The notes: generated from the sequence alone by a model not told the origin. Counted from the first letter of the stretch, positions 10,101 through 18,950 are shown. The stretch: 36,785 bases of DNA from Bacteroidota bacterium (GCA_041192505.1 JBEEMV010000044.1:1-36785), one strand, 5' to 3'. Made by a program: numbers and translations.

Positions 10101-13100
10101 AACCAATAACATTGGGTGTGCTAATATATCCATCAGCATAGCATTTGCCTTTACTAAATAATTTGTAAAATGCATTGCTATTGGGTGGTACGTTGTAGCA
10201 TATGGTATCTAATGTCCAATTGCCTTTATAAGTTTTAGATGTGCTATTGCCTAAATACAAATAAGTAGAATCGGGGCTATCGCCACAATAAATAGTATTG
10301 TTGTGAAATATTAAACACAAGGCACAATTAGCCGATAATGGTGTGATAGAAATATTAGGTTTTATTTCTCTGATGGTTATGGTATCCATAGCCGAATCAA
10401 CACAGCTACCTATAATTTTTAGTTTAATAATATATACCCCACAGTTAGCATACGTATGGCATGGGCGAACCAACGAAGTATCGGCCGAACCTCTTAGCAT
10501 GGTATCTTTTATGCCATCGCCATAATCCCATACTATATCATAATTATAGGGTCTGCCGGGTTTTGAATGTGCCGACGAAAAACACCAAGTTTTTGTATTG
10601 CATTGTTTATGAATAGTGTTAGTAGGATTAAGTTCTAACACGGCTTTGTAAGCAATAGGCGAAACATATTGAATAACAGTATCAGGCGGACAATGCAATG
10701 AATCATTGCTCGAAATCATAGTTACTTTATAAGTACCCGTATTGCAAAAACAAAAATTAATTGGGCTGGGTTGATTGCCCGTAGTTACATTAAAATTATA
10801 TACCTGTGGTGATCCGCATGGCGATTGGTTGATAATTACTTTAATATGAGTGGGTGCAGATTGAACAGGAAACATTTTATAAGTAGGCACTATTTGCACA
10901 CAATAACCATTGGTATAATTACACGAATAGTTTACGCCTATTGAGCCAATAATACCTTTTACCGTAACGGCATTATGAACATAAAAACCGGTATCAATAC
11001 AACCATTATTATTAATTTGATAATGGGCATCAAACTGACCAATATCGCTAATGCAAACAATAGAAGTATCGCAACTAAATATTTCGGCCGATGGCTGTAG
11101 TGTGCCACTTTGCGAAAAAAACCAATGGCAATTAATAGTACAGCTACCATTTGTTTTACTATTAATATGTTGCGTAGGCACAACCGTAAAACAAGCATCT
11201 TTTTTTATTAAACATTGTTCTAAAGGAAAATAATTTGCATTAGGTACTACATGATGCCCAATACTTACATAACCTGTATTTGTCATCGTATCAGCACAAA
11301 AAGCACCGCCCATGCTATGTGTAATATGAATTACTTTTACTTTAAAACAAGTATCAATGGCGCTTGTATAACAATGTGTAACGGTAGTAAGATTAGTATG
11401 AAAAGGTGCTGTGCCATCGCCAAATAAATAAATATATGCCGAATCGGGTTGAGGATATAAAGTATCGGTAGCCAAGCCAATAATATTTATGGTAGCACAA
11501 CTGCTGCCACAGCTTTGTGGTGGTTGCGATACACTAAAATCACCAAATTGTTTCCATTGCGACATAGTAACCACATCATTACTACAACAGCCTCCGTTAG
11601 CAGCACTCTGACACACTTTTAAATAAACTGTTTGTCTGCCAAAATTAGCAAATGATGTACAAGCAGATGTAGTAGTAGCTATAGGCGAACCTAAAAAATT
11701 ATTTACATACCATGAATATAAACAGCCTGTATTGGTAGGCGCTTGATTAGCTTGAAAACAGAAATTATGTAAGGTTGAACAATGCACAGTATCGGTAACA
11801 GATTGCATAATATCGGCAGTAGGTGTAGGATATACTGTTACTTGCACACAGCCCGTAAAAGCAGTTGTACAACTATTACAGCTATTGCCTACTACACCGC
11901 CAACAAAACAAATATTGTAAGTAGTAGGTGTGGTAATAGTACCACATGGTATAGCAATATATTGATTTGAATTAGCTGTAATACCTTGTAATTGAATAGA
12001 TGCACCACCACCCACAGGTGTAGCCACCAACGAACCACTAATACTACAAGATTGATTAAGATTAGGATTATAATGCGCAAATAATTTAAGATGAAATGCC
12101 TGTCCGCAACATATTTTTGGTGTATGTGACACTAAACTATCTACCACAATAGTTTGCAAACAAACTGCATTTACCAATGTATCTTTTCCCTTACAACCAC
12201 TTAATGAATCGGTAACTTCTACAATTAAATTATAGCAACCATAATTATTATAAGTATGCGAAAAAGTAGATTGCGATGTAGGCCCAATCAAGGGTGTGGC
12301 TGGTGGTGCATTTAATGGCGGAAACCATATTTTATAAATACCTGTGCCTATTAATGGTGTAGCCGATACACTAAAATTTACAATGGCTGGCAGCGTACAT
12401 AAGCTGCCACCTGTTACCAATGCTGTAGGATGCGGTGCACAAGGCACATTAATATAACAAGGCTTTGTAATTACTTTCGAGCAGCCATGTGCATCGGTAG
12501 CAGACATTGTAATAGTATAACATGGCGGCGATGTAGTTTTGCAAGCATAAGTATGGGTAATAGGCGTAGCACCTGGTGTAGTAGCTGTAGTATTATCGCC
12601 AAAAAACCAATTGATAGGCCCATACGGCGTTGTGCCCGATACAATATTAGGTGTAAATATGGTAGTAAGGTTACCACAATTTAATGTATCGCTGGCAGCA
12701 AAATTTAAAATAGGAAATGGATACGAAATAGCCACACAGCTACAAGTTGAATCTCGGGCACCAGTTTGACGATTGAATATATACAAACACACTTTGTACG
12801 ACCCTGCTACCGTAAGCGAATAGCCTGTATTGGTATGTGCCAATGCGCCTACTTTGGTAGTTAAAAAGGTTAAGCCCCAAGGACCATTACAACCAAACGA
12901 CGAACTGATTTGCATTTTCCATACTACCGAATCGTAAGCGCCTGTTGAACAATTAGTAAGTGGTAAAAAGAAAGGGCCACACTGTGTTACAGGAAATGAT
13001 TGACCTGATGCTGCACCAAAACAAGCCACAGGTGCTTGCGCCTTTGCCTCAAAAAAGCAGCAGATGATTAGCAATAAAAATACGTGGCTAATTATTTTCA

Positions 13101-13101
13101 T
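7183..13101 (-). CDS. Giant secreted Cys-rich multi-PKD/Ig-like surface protein with type-B T9SS C-terminal domain (gliding-motility-associated CTD)
   Basis: 1,972 aa with signal peptide MKIISHVFLLLIICCFFEAKAQA. PKD-type signatures recur (WFFGDNTT, YLFGDGTAPF, WDYGDGIKD, WFFGDGTS, IDFGDGTP). The C-terminus IPNAFEPK...IRIYNRWGSEVY...GWDGYFNGKP...YMYQMQV matches the type-B CTD pattern. Confidence 0.9.
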   Translation of the reverse strand: MKIISHVFLLLIICCFFEAKAQAPVACFGAASGQSFPVTQCGPFFLPLTNCSTGAYDSVVWKMQISSSFGCNGPWGLTFLTTKVGALAHTNTGYSLTVAGSYKVCLYIFNRQTGARDSTCSCVAISYPFPILNFAASDTLNCGNLTTIFTPNIVSGTTPYGPINWFFGDNTTATTPGATPITHTYACKTTSPPCYTITMSATDAHGCSKVITKPCYINVPCAPHPTALVTGGSLCTLPAIVNFSVSATPLIGTGIYKIWFPPLNAPPATPLIGPTSQSTFSHTYNNYGCYNLIVEVTDSLSGCKGKDTLVNAVCLQTIVVDSLVSHTPKICCGQAFHLKLFAHYNPNLNQSCSISGSLVATPVGGGASIQLQGITANSNQYIAIPCGTITTPTTYNICFVGGVVGNSCNSCTTAFTGCVQVTVYPTPTADIMQSVTDTVHCSTLHNFCFQANQAPTNTGCLYSWYVNNFLGSPIATTTSACTSFANFGRQTVYLKVCQSAANGGCCSNDVVTMSQWKQFGDFSVSQPPQSCGSSCATINIIGLATDTLYPQPDSAYIYLFGDGTAPFHTNLTTVTHCYTSAIDTCFKVKVIHITHSMGGAFCADTMTNTGYVSIGHHVVPNANYFPLEQCLIKKDACFTVVPTQHINSKTNGSCTINCHWFFSQSGTLQPSAEIFSCDTSIVCISDIGQFDAHYQINNNGCIDTGFYVHNAVTVKGIIGSIGVNYSCNYTNGYCVQIVPTYKMFPVQSAPTHIKVIINQSPCGSPQVYNFNVTTGNQPSPINFCFCNTGTYKVTMISSNDSLHCPPDTVIQYVSPIAYKAVLELNPTNTIHKQCNTKTWCFSSAHSKPGRPYNYDIVWDYGDGIKDTMLRGSADTSLVRPCHTYANCGVYIIKLKIIGSCVDSAMDTITIREIKPNISITPLSANCALCLIFHNNTIYCGDSPDSTYLYLGNSTSKTYKGNWTLDTICYNVPPNSNAFYKLFSKGKCYADGYISTPNVIGLHACAAPLPDTVVCQGKTITFNNCSGGFITNACWKIDNGACNQSTTCASNTLGNFNYTFSNLGYYYLNLQVSNFYGCVDDTCIRIHVANPHANFFGRDTLSCPGIFDSLVNLSSGAYDKITVTMSSAPLHFFTSFVYSINDPGGLPKKVGIPIGYPGDYVICWKISSITGCTDSICKTLHVQGPLGHLACSNVYGCLGDTICCTLNTNSVLSPIIQYPDGTFDLLNHNSSGIYNFCHAYNVLGHKLVQATIDDGIGCSYPLSDTVHIDGAIADFTWTPHITDFCNKADVVMNDLSIKGIYDLDTTKYKWIIKNSSGNVFAIYSHQSPHVIITTPGSYTMMLIVKTIFGCVDTIEKPFVKVHTNPLSQFISSPDTICINDCVSFANTSVNTDPVKNYTWFFDWNNPTPIAHTFNAQYCYTIPGNYNVVLLDSSIYNCIDTSSKHLVVVLSGINISFTQDKDTICGNGANVHFNSTTSPSVGVTQQWFFGDGTSTPAGIFLQVNHSYILPPTKVDTCYKVLLIVRTISGCADSLAKQVCLAAVPQPALINHLNKGCSPLLTSFSNNVVNNIPITNYTIDFGDGTPDYNSTLPPNNFIKKYTNTSHTNVATFIANYTITSNFNCSASINDSFKVYPLPVACVGNNDTVCPGVNALVGCPPLPGYHYHWFHPLPPNTFKPGPFVAQPTINIYQQDSFALAVSNQYGCLDTNNIIVHVRPLIVPDAGHDTTVCYGDTIHLYAHGGDAYIWKNMTTNEIISTHADVYVAANDSTNYRLLILGKCNNDSTTIIHINIFKPKPYIIIDPDNAKIFAGQHYTIKPNTNGALLHWWPNYFINCDTCHVVDVSPDINTTYHVITEDLHGCTDSTIFKIKVLCDKENSLFIPNAFEPKVNAKYENRFFYVQGKGIKELEFIRIYNRWGSEVYSREHIPINKPEVGWDGYFNGKPCTCDIYMYQMQVICADGTIFPISGNMTLIR

Positions 13102-13285
13102 GTACGAGGCTAAAATACAATATTATTAATACTTTTAATAGAATGATATTCATCATAAGACTTAGCCTTGTTCAATTCTGTTGCATATAAATTTTTTGTG
13201 CTGATAAAGTACCCAACTTGTGACAAGGATTCACCTATACGCAATTTTTTTGTAGCGTTTTATTGAGCTAAAGAAATAAAATAAA

Positions 13286-13918
13286 TTAAGCCGAATATTT
13301 TTCCATTAATTGCTTTAATGAAAGATAAGTAGCGGTAATAAAATTCTTCATTTCATTTTTCGGAACCCACTTTACAGCCGTAATATTTTCGTTGGCTTGC
13401 GGTGTTAATGTGTTAGATGATGATGCCTTCATTTCAAACCAATGATTTATTTTTAAAATTTTATCATCAGCCTCTTTATAAGTATGATAAGTAATACAAA
13501 TGGGTTGATGTATGGCAACATCCGTTAATCCTGTTTCTTCTTGTACTTCACGTACAGCAGTTTGTTCAATAGTTTCGTTGGCTTCGGCTTTGCCTTTTGG
13601 CAAATCCCATTTGCCTTTTCGTTCAATCAACAACACTTCATTTTTTTCATTCAAAACCACACCACCAGCAGCATTGGATATTATATGCAAATCCCAAAAC
13701 ATTTTTTTTAATTCATCCATCGAATTATTAAACATTAAAGCCGTTTCTAACTTTTCATCCTTTTCGCAAATAGTAATAATGCGTTTTATATCTTCTTCGG
13801 TTTTTGCTTTGCAATACACATAGCTTTTATAATGAACCGGTGGCGGTGCAAAATAAATTTCTTCATCATCTGTTAGCATAACAGGTTTTTCGTTGATATA
13901 AATTGTAATGACCGACAT
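13286..13918 (-). CDS. NUDIX hydrolase
   Basis: 210 aa. The Nudix box GKAEANETIEQTAVREVQEETGL (G-x5-E-x7-REVxEExG) follows an ~80-aa N-terminal extension. Confidence 0.85.
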   Translation of the reverse strand: MSVITIYINEKPVMLTDDEEIYFAPPPVHYKSYVYCKAKTEEDIKRIITICEKDEKLETALMFNNSMDELKKMFWDLHIISNAAGGVVLNEKNEVLLIERKGKWDLPKGKAEANETIEQTAVREVQEETGLTDVAIHQPICITYHTYKEADDKILKINHWFEMKASSSNTLTPQANENITAVKWVPKNEMKNFITATYLSLKQLMEKYSA

Positions 13919-13971
13919 TAATTATGATTGAAGTGAAATTAATTAGTGCAAAAAATGTTTTTAAAATCAAT

Positions 13972-13979
13972 TAGTTTTG
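13972..13979 (+). promoter_or_regulatory. -7 promoter box (TAGTTTTG) for pyrE
   Basis: Exact TAnnTTTG ending 5 nt before the pyrE ATG. The spacing is the same as at ybeY. Confidence 0.3.
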
Positions 13980-13983
13980 GGGC

Positions 13984-14625
13984 ATGATAAACAATGAATC
14001 TGCTGCCGAAAAATTAGCTGAATATTTATTACAAATAAACGCAATAAAGCTAAGTCCGCAAACACCTTTCACATGGGCAAGCGGTTGGAAATCCCCAATC
14101 TATTGTGATAATAGGCTTACTTTGTCCTATCCAATAGTCAGACAGTGTATTAAAGCCGAGTTTTTAGCTGCTTTAAAAAAACAGTTTCCCGATGCACAAT
14201 CTATAGCAGGTGTTGCTACGGCTGGCATTCCGCATGGTGCTTTATTGGCCGATGCTGCAGAATTACCATTTTTATATGTACGAAGTGCACCTAAGCAACA
14301 TGGCTTAAGCAATCAGATAGAAGGCAAAATAAATGCTGGCGATAAAGTGGTGGTAATTGAAGATTTAATATCAACAGGTAAAAGCAGCTTAGAAGCTGTG
14401 GCTGCTTTGCGCAATGCTGGTGCCGAGGTGCTGGGCATGATGGCGATATTTACGTATGGTTTTGCAAAAGCCGATGAAGCATTTGCTAATGCCAATTGCA
14501 AATATGTAACCTTATCCGATTATCATCATTTAATTAAATTAGCAGTTGCCAAAAACTATGTGCAGCCGAACCAAATTGAAACCTTACAACAGTGGCGCAA
14601 CGCACCTGATACTTGGGGCGTTTAA
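13984..14625 (+). CDS. pyrE: Orotate phosphoribosyltransferase
   Basis: 213 aa with FTWASGWKSPIYCDNR and the PRPP-binding loop KVVVIEDLISTGKSS. Confidence 0.95.
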   Translation: MINNESAAEKLAEYLLQINAIKLSPQTPFTWASGWKSPIYCDNRLTLSYPIVRQCIKAEFLAALKKQFPDAQSIAGVATAGIPHGALLADAAELPFLYVRSAPKQHGLSNQIEGKINAGDKVVVIEDLISTGKSSLEAVAALRNAGAEVLGMMAIFTYGFAKADEAFANANCKYVTLSDYHHLIKLAVAKNYVQPNQIETLQQWRNAPDTWGV

Positions 14626-14651
14626 TATTTTTAAATAATCGAAAAGTGATT

Positions 14652-14659
14652 TAATTTTG
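14652..14659 (+). promoter_or_regulatory. -7 promoter box (TAATTTTG) upstream of the TA pair
   Basis: Exact TAnnTTTG in the intergenic region, 36 nt before the ATG at 14695. Confidence 0.3.
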
Positions 14660-14694
14660 TTGTCATCATTTATTCAAAACAATAAATATATTAT

Positions 14695-14928
14695 ATGAGC
14701 TTACAAATAATACAAGGTAATAATGGTAAAGCGGCTGGTGTTTTTATACCCATTAACGATTGGAATGCGCTAAAGAAACAATACAAGCAATTAGCTATTT
14801 TAGAAGATGTTGAACCCAGTAAAGAACAAATTTTGGCAGAACTAAAAGAGGCTGTTATTGAATTAAAGTTGATACATCAAGGCAAATTAAAAGCTAGGTC
14901 GGCAAAATTATTATTAGATGAATTATAA
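14695..14928 (+). CDS. Putative type II antitoxin (small acidic/helical protein)
   Basis: 77 aa, overlapping the downstream RelE/ParE-like gene by 11 nt, as expected for translational coupling. The C-terminal helix ...LKEAVIELKLIHQGKLKARSAKLLLDEL resembles antitoxins paired with such toxins in Bacteroidetes. Confidence 0.6.
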   Translation: MSLQIIQGNNGKAAGVFIPINDWNALKKQYKQLAILEDVEPSKEQILAELKEAVIELKLIHQGKLKARSAKLLLDEL

Positions 14929-15244
14929 AGTAGCCACCATTCCGCTTTTTGATAAACAAGCCAAACGGTTATCAAAAAAATATCCATCACTAAAAAAAGA
15001 ATTAGCAGACTTATTTGAATCACTTACCACAAAACCCGAACAAGGCAAATCGTTGGGTAGCAACTTTTATAAAATAAGAATTGCCATATCATCAAAAGGT
15101 AAAGGAAAATCAGGAGGGACAAGAGTTATTAGCTACGTAAAAATTATTGAAACAACAGTTTACTTAACTTCAATTTACGACAAATCAGATAAGTCATCTA
15201 TTGATGATAATGAGTTAGAAAATATTTTCAAATGGATTCCTTAA
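14918..15244 (+). CDS. RelE/ParE-superfamily type II toxin
   Basis: 108 aa. The N-terminal part F(D)KQAKRLSKKYPSLKKEL and the core motif YKIRIA...KGKSGGTRVISYV...VYLTSIYDKSD are typical of RelE/HigB-like mRNA interferases. Confidence 0.7.
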   Translation: MNYKVATIPLFDKQAKRLSKKYPSLKKELADLFESLTTKPEQGKSLGSNFYKIRIAISSKGKGKSGGTRVISYVKIIETTVYLTSIYDKSDKSSIDDNELENIFKWIP

Positions 15245-15260
15245 TAACAAGTATTTCATC

Positions 15261-15908
15261 TTGAAAAACATCTACTGTATTAGCGGTTTAGGAGCCGATA
15301 AACGAGCATTTCAATATCTTACCATTGATGATTGCCAATTACATTTTATTGATTGGATTATACCTTTATCTAACGAAACAATTGAACAATATGCTGGGCG
15401 ATTATTAACACAAATACATTCGCCCAAACCTATTTTAATAGGTATGTCGTTTGGTGGATTGATAGCTATTGAAATGGCAAAGCAAATAGAAACCGAACAA
15501 GTAATTTTAATTTCATCGGTAAAAACAAAATACGAAATACCATTATTTTATAGGCTGTTGGCTGGCATTGGTTTGCATTATGTATTTCCTTTAAAGCAAT
15601 TAAAGTATGCTTACAAAATTGCATTTTGGTTTTTTGGAATTAGCAACGAAAAAGAAAGGAAATTTTTAAAAACTATTTTGGTTGATACCAATGCCGATTT
15701 ATTTGCATGGTCTATTAGGCAGGCGGTAAGTTGGCGCAATACAATGGTGCTTAAAAATGTAAAACATATTCATGGCAATAAGGACAAAATTTTTCCATTA
15801 AAACCTATTATAGCCGATTATGAACTAAACAATGGTGGACATTTTATGATTGTAAACAAAGCCGCCGAAATTTCGAAAGTGTTGAATGGATGGTTGCAAC
15901 AAATCTAA
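15261..15908 (+). CDS. Alpha/beta-fold hydrolase
   Basis: 215 aa with a TTG start (no in-frame ATG near the 5-prime end). It has the nucleophile elbow GMSFGG and a late GGHFM histidine motif. Its stop overlaps the convergent fcl stop. Confidence 0.7.
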   Translation: MKNIYCISGLGADKRAFQYLTIDDCQLHFIDWIIPLSNETIEQYAGRLLTQIHSPKPILIGMSFGGLIAIEMAKQIETEQVILISSVKTKYEIPLFYRLLAGIGLHYVFPLKQLKYAYKIAFWFFGISNEKERKFLKTILVDTNADLFAWSIRQAVSWRNTMVLKNVKHIHGNKDKIFPLKPIIADYELNNGGHFMIVNKAAEISKVLNGWLQQI

Positions 15909-16837
15909 TCAAACCCTTTGTTCATCAGTTCTTCATAAGTAGTTTTTATTCCTTGTTCTAATTCAATGGTATGTTTCCAACCTAATTGATGCAGCTTATT
16001 TATAGCCAATAATTTACGTGGCGTTCCATCTGGCTTGGTGGTATCAAATTTTATTTCGCCTGTGTATCCTACTATTTTTTTTATTAAACAAGCTATATCC
16101 GAAATTGAAATATCGCTACCCATACCAATATTGATGGGCTGTATATCATCATAATTTTTCATTAAAAATATACAAGCATTGGCTGCATCCTTTACATGCA
16201 TAAATTCTCGTAAAGGTTTGCCCGTACCCCATACTATTACTTCATCAACTTGGTTTGCTTTTGCTTCTATAAACTTACGCAGCAAGGCAGGCAATACATG
16301 CGAATTGTTTAAATCATAATGATCATTAGTGCCATACAAATTGGTAGGCAATGCCGTTATAAAATTACAACCATGCTGTGTTCTGTATGCTTCGCACATT
16401 TTAATACCAGCTATTTTTGCAACGGCATAAGGCTCGTTTGTATATTCCAATGAACCCGTTAAAAGATAATTTTCGTGCAAGGGCTGTGGTGCTAATTTTG
16501 GATAAATACACGATGAACCAATGAACAATAATTTCTTTACTTTATGCATATACGATGCATGAATGATATTGCTTTGCATCATTAAATTATCATAGATAAA
16601 ATCGGCTCTATAAGTATTGTTTGCCAGTATGCCACCCACTTTTGCGGCGGCTATAAATACATATTCGGGTTGTTCATTTTCGAAGAAAGTATTTACTAAT
16701 TGTTGATTTCGTAAATCTAACTGTGTTGATGTTTGTAGCAGTAAGTTAGTATATCCATTTGCCGTTAATTGCCTTACAATGGCCGAGCCCAGCATGCCTG
16801 TATGCCCAGCTATATATATTTTGTTTGTGCTTTTCAT
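15905..16837 (-). CDS. fcl: GDP-L-fucose synthase (GDP-4-keto-6-deoxy-D-mannose epimerase/reductase)
   Basis: SDR fold with IAGHTGMLGSAI, YPKLAPQPL and YAVAKIAG (YxxxK), ending FDTTKPDGTPRKL. The start is placed at the ATG giving MKSTNKIYIAGH; the track ORF extends 9 codons further to 16864. Confidence 0.9.
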   Translation of the reverse strand: MKSTNKIYIAGHTGMLGSAIVRQLTANGYTNLLLQTSTQLDLRNQQLVNTFFENEQPEYVFIAAAKVGGILANNTYRADFIYDNLMMQSNIIHASYMHKVKKLLFIGSSCIYPKLAPQPLHENYLLTGSLEYTNEPYAVAKIAGIKMCEAYRTQHGCNFITALPTNLYGTNDHYDLNNSHVLPALLRKFIEAKANQVDEVIVWGTGKPLREFMHVKDAANACIFLMKNYDDIQPINIGMGSDISISDIACLIKKIVGYTGEIKFDTTKPDGTPRKLLAINKLHQLGWKHTIELEQGIKTTYEELMNKGFD

Positions 16838-17011
16838 TTCATTTATTTTATAGATGATAACCAATCAAATCTATGATTTATTTTTGTTACAAATACTGTA
16901 TTTATATTTCGGCATAAAAAATATTTTGTTTTTGTTTTCGAAAAATATTTTACTTTTACGTTAGTGTTTTCATAAAAGGTAAAGTTCTGATTGGGTTTGA
17001 GGAACTTTACG

Positions 17012-17050
17012 AACCCCGGCTTTTCAAAGTCGGGGTTTTGTGTTTTTATT
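17012..17050 (+). terminator. Orphan rho-independent terminator-like hairpin with no upstream plus-strand gene
   Basis: ccccggctt (17014-17022) pairs with aagtcgggg (17027-17035), giving a 9-bp stem with one G-T. It is followed by ttttgtgttttt and lies 90 nt upstream of holB. Confidence 0.45.
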
Positions 17051-17140
17051 ACGCCAGTAAAATTGTTGTTTGCTACATTTCCTATGTTATTTTCACGTAG
17101 CAATTAGCTATCTTTCAGCCATCAATAATTAACTTATTTC

Positions 17141-18268
17141 ATGCAGTTTAATCAAGTAATTGGTCAGCATTCGTTAAAGCAAAATCTTATTAGCAGTGTA
17201 AAATCGGGCATGATACCGCATGCACAATTATTTGTAGGCAATGAAGGTACAGGCGCTTTGCCATTGGCTTTGGCATACATTCAATACATAGTATGCGAAG
17301 AAAAAACAGATTTTGATTCGTGTGGTACATGCAGCGGATGCAAAAAAGTACAAAAACTAATTCATCCTGATATTCATTTTACCATGCCCGTAACCAAGCA
17401 TCCTAATAAAGAATATAAGGCTGGCGAAACACCCTATAGTATTGATTGGATAAAAGAATGGCGACAAACTGTAATTGAAAATGCGTATTTTAATTTTAAT
17501 GATTGGATGAAATTGCAAGCTGGCGAAACCAATACACAAGGCAACATTAATGCACATGAATGTAGCGATATACTTAACTTTTTAAATCTTAAAAGTTTTG
17601 AAAGCGGTTATAAATTTTTAATTATTTGGATGGCTGAATACTTGGGCAACGATGGCAACAGATTATTAAAACAGATTGAGGAACCCGAAGAAAAAACACT
17701 TATTATTTTAATAGCCGAAAACTACGAACAAATTTTAGGCACCATTCAATCACGAACACAGCTGGTAAAAATTGCACCCTTGCTGCCCCACGATATTAAA
17801 AATGGATTGATAGAACTAAAACAAATAGATGAGCAAAAAGCACTAACCATAGCCACCATAGCCGATGGCAATTTTAGATTAGCCCTGCAATTATTAGAAG
17901 AAAAAGATGATGAAACAGAAAAATTGTTTTTAGATTGGATGCAAATACTGATTAAAAAAAACAAGAAAGATTGGAACACCTTTAACGAACAGATGGTAAA
18001 ACTAAAACGTGATAACCAAAAGTATTTTGTAAAGTATGGCTTGCATTTAGTTAGAGAATCGTTTTTAAATAAAGAAAACAATTATACATCGGCGGCTTGG
18101 AATGATAGAGAAAAAGCTTTTTGCCCTTATATGGCACAACGTCTATCAGTAGATGGTTTTAACCAATTAGCTGATATATTAAATCAACTGCATTTTCATA
18201 TCGAACGAAATGCAAACACTAAAATATTATTTATGCATAATAGCTTTTTGATTTCAAATTTATTTTAA
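17141..18268 (+). CDS. holB: DNA polymerase III delta-prime subunit
   Basis: 375 aa with an AAA+-like N-terminus (PHAQLFVGNEGTGALPLALAY), the zinc module CGTCSGCKKV, and SRTQ in IQSRTQLVK. Confidence 0.85.
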   Translation: MQFNQVIGQHSLKQNLISSVKSGMIPHAQLFVGNEGTGALPLALAYIQYIVCEEKTDFDSCGTCSGCKKVQKLIHPDIHFTMPVTKHPNKEYKAGETPYSIDWIKEWRQTVIENAYFNFNDWMKLQAGETNTQGNINAHECSDILNFLNLKSFESGYKFLIIWMAEYLGNDGNRLLKQIEEPEEKTLIILIAENYEQILGTIQSRTQLVKIAPLLPHDIKNGLIELKQIDEQKALTIATIADGNFRLALQLLEEKDDETEKLFLDWMQILIKKNKKDWNTFNEQMVKLKRDNQKYFVKYGLHLVRESFLNKENNYTSAAWNDREKAFCPYMAQRLSVDGFNQLADILNQLHFHIERNANTKILFMHNSFLISNLF

Positions 18269-18269
18269 A

Positions 18270-18950
18270 ATGAAAAAACGAATTGTAGTATTAACAGGTG
18301 CTGGAATAAGCGCCGAAAGCGGCATACAAACATTTAGAGATAGCGATGGCTTGTGGGAAAACCATAAGATTGAAGATGTAGCTACGCCTCAAGCTTTTGA
18401 ACGAAACCCCCAATTAGTATTAAATTTTTATAACCACAGAAGGCAGCAGGTGTTAAACGCCCAACCCAATGTGGCGCATAAAATATTGGTTGAAATGGAA
18501 AGCAAATACGATGTACACATCATTACACAAAACATTGATGATTTGCACGAAAGGGCAGGTAGCAAAAATGTAATGCATCTACATGGCGAAATAGTTTTGT
18601 GTAGAACCACCAACCCCAGCAAACCCAAATTTTATGAATATAACAGCAATTTAAAAGTGGGCGATAAGGGCGAAGATGGCTTTCAGCTGCGCCCACATAT
18701 TGTATGGTTTGGCGAAGATGTGCCGATGATACAACCTGCATCAACCTTAGTTGCTACCGCCGATATATTTATTATTGTAGGTACTTCGTTAGTAGTGTAT
18801 CCTGCTGCTAATTTGGTAAATAGTGTTAGATACAATACACCGCTTTATGTGGTGGATAAAAAACTACCTAACCTGCCTACCTTAAAAAATTTAACTGCCA
18901 TCGAACAACCTGCTACCATTGGTATGCAACAGTTAATGAAACTGTTGTAA
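18270..18950 (+). CDS. cobB: NAD-dependent protein deacylase, Sir2 family
   Basis: 226 aa with GAGISAESGIQTFRD, ITQNIDDLHERAG, HLHG, LRPHIVWFGE and VGTSLVVYPAA. The ATG starts 1 nt after the holB stop. Confidence 0.9.
   Translation: MKKRIVVLTGAGISAESGIQTFRDSDGLWENHKIEDVATPQAFERNPQLVLNFYNHRRQQVLNAQPNVAHKILVEMESKYDVHIITQNIDDLHERAGSKNVMHLHGEIVLCRTTNPSKPKFYEYNSNLKVGDKGEDGFQLRPHIVWFGEDVPMIQPASTLVATADIFIIVGTSLVVYPAANLVNSVRYNTPLYVVDKKLPNLPTLKNLTAIEQPATIGMQQLMKLL

Noticed and set aside
7566-12684. Numerous 60-84-aa ORFs on both strands within the giant adhesin gene
   Set aside because: All are nested in or antisense to the 1,972-aa ORF. Their composition reflects the complementary codon bias.
7183-13101. 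Possibility that the repetitive adhesin is a diversity-generating-retroelement target
   Set aside because: No reverse transcriptase ORF exists in the window, and I could see no template-repeat/variable-repeat pair.
15905-16837. fcl present without an adjacent gmd (GDP-mannose dehydratase) gene
   Set aside because: Unlinked gmd and fcl genes are common, and nothing in the sequence suggests decay or novelty.
16843-17103. 86-aa minus-strand ORF in the fcl-holB spacer
   Set aside because: It overlaps the likely fcl start region and spans the terminator-like hairpin. The basic, low-complexity translation has no motif, so the region is better explained as non-coding.
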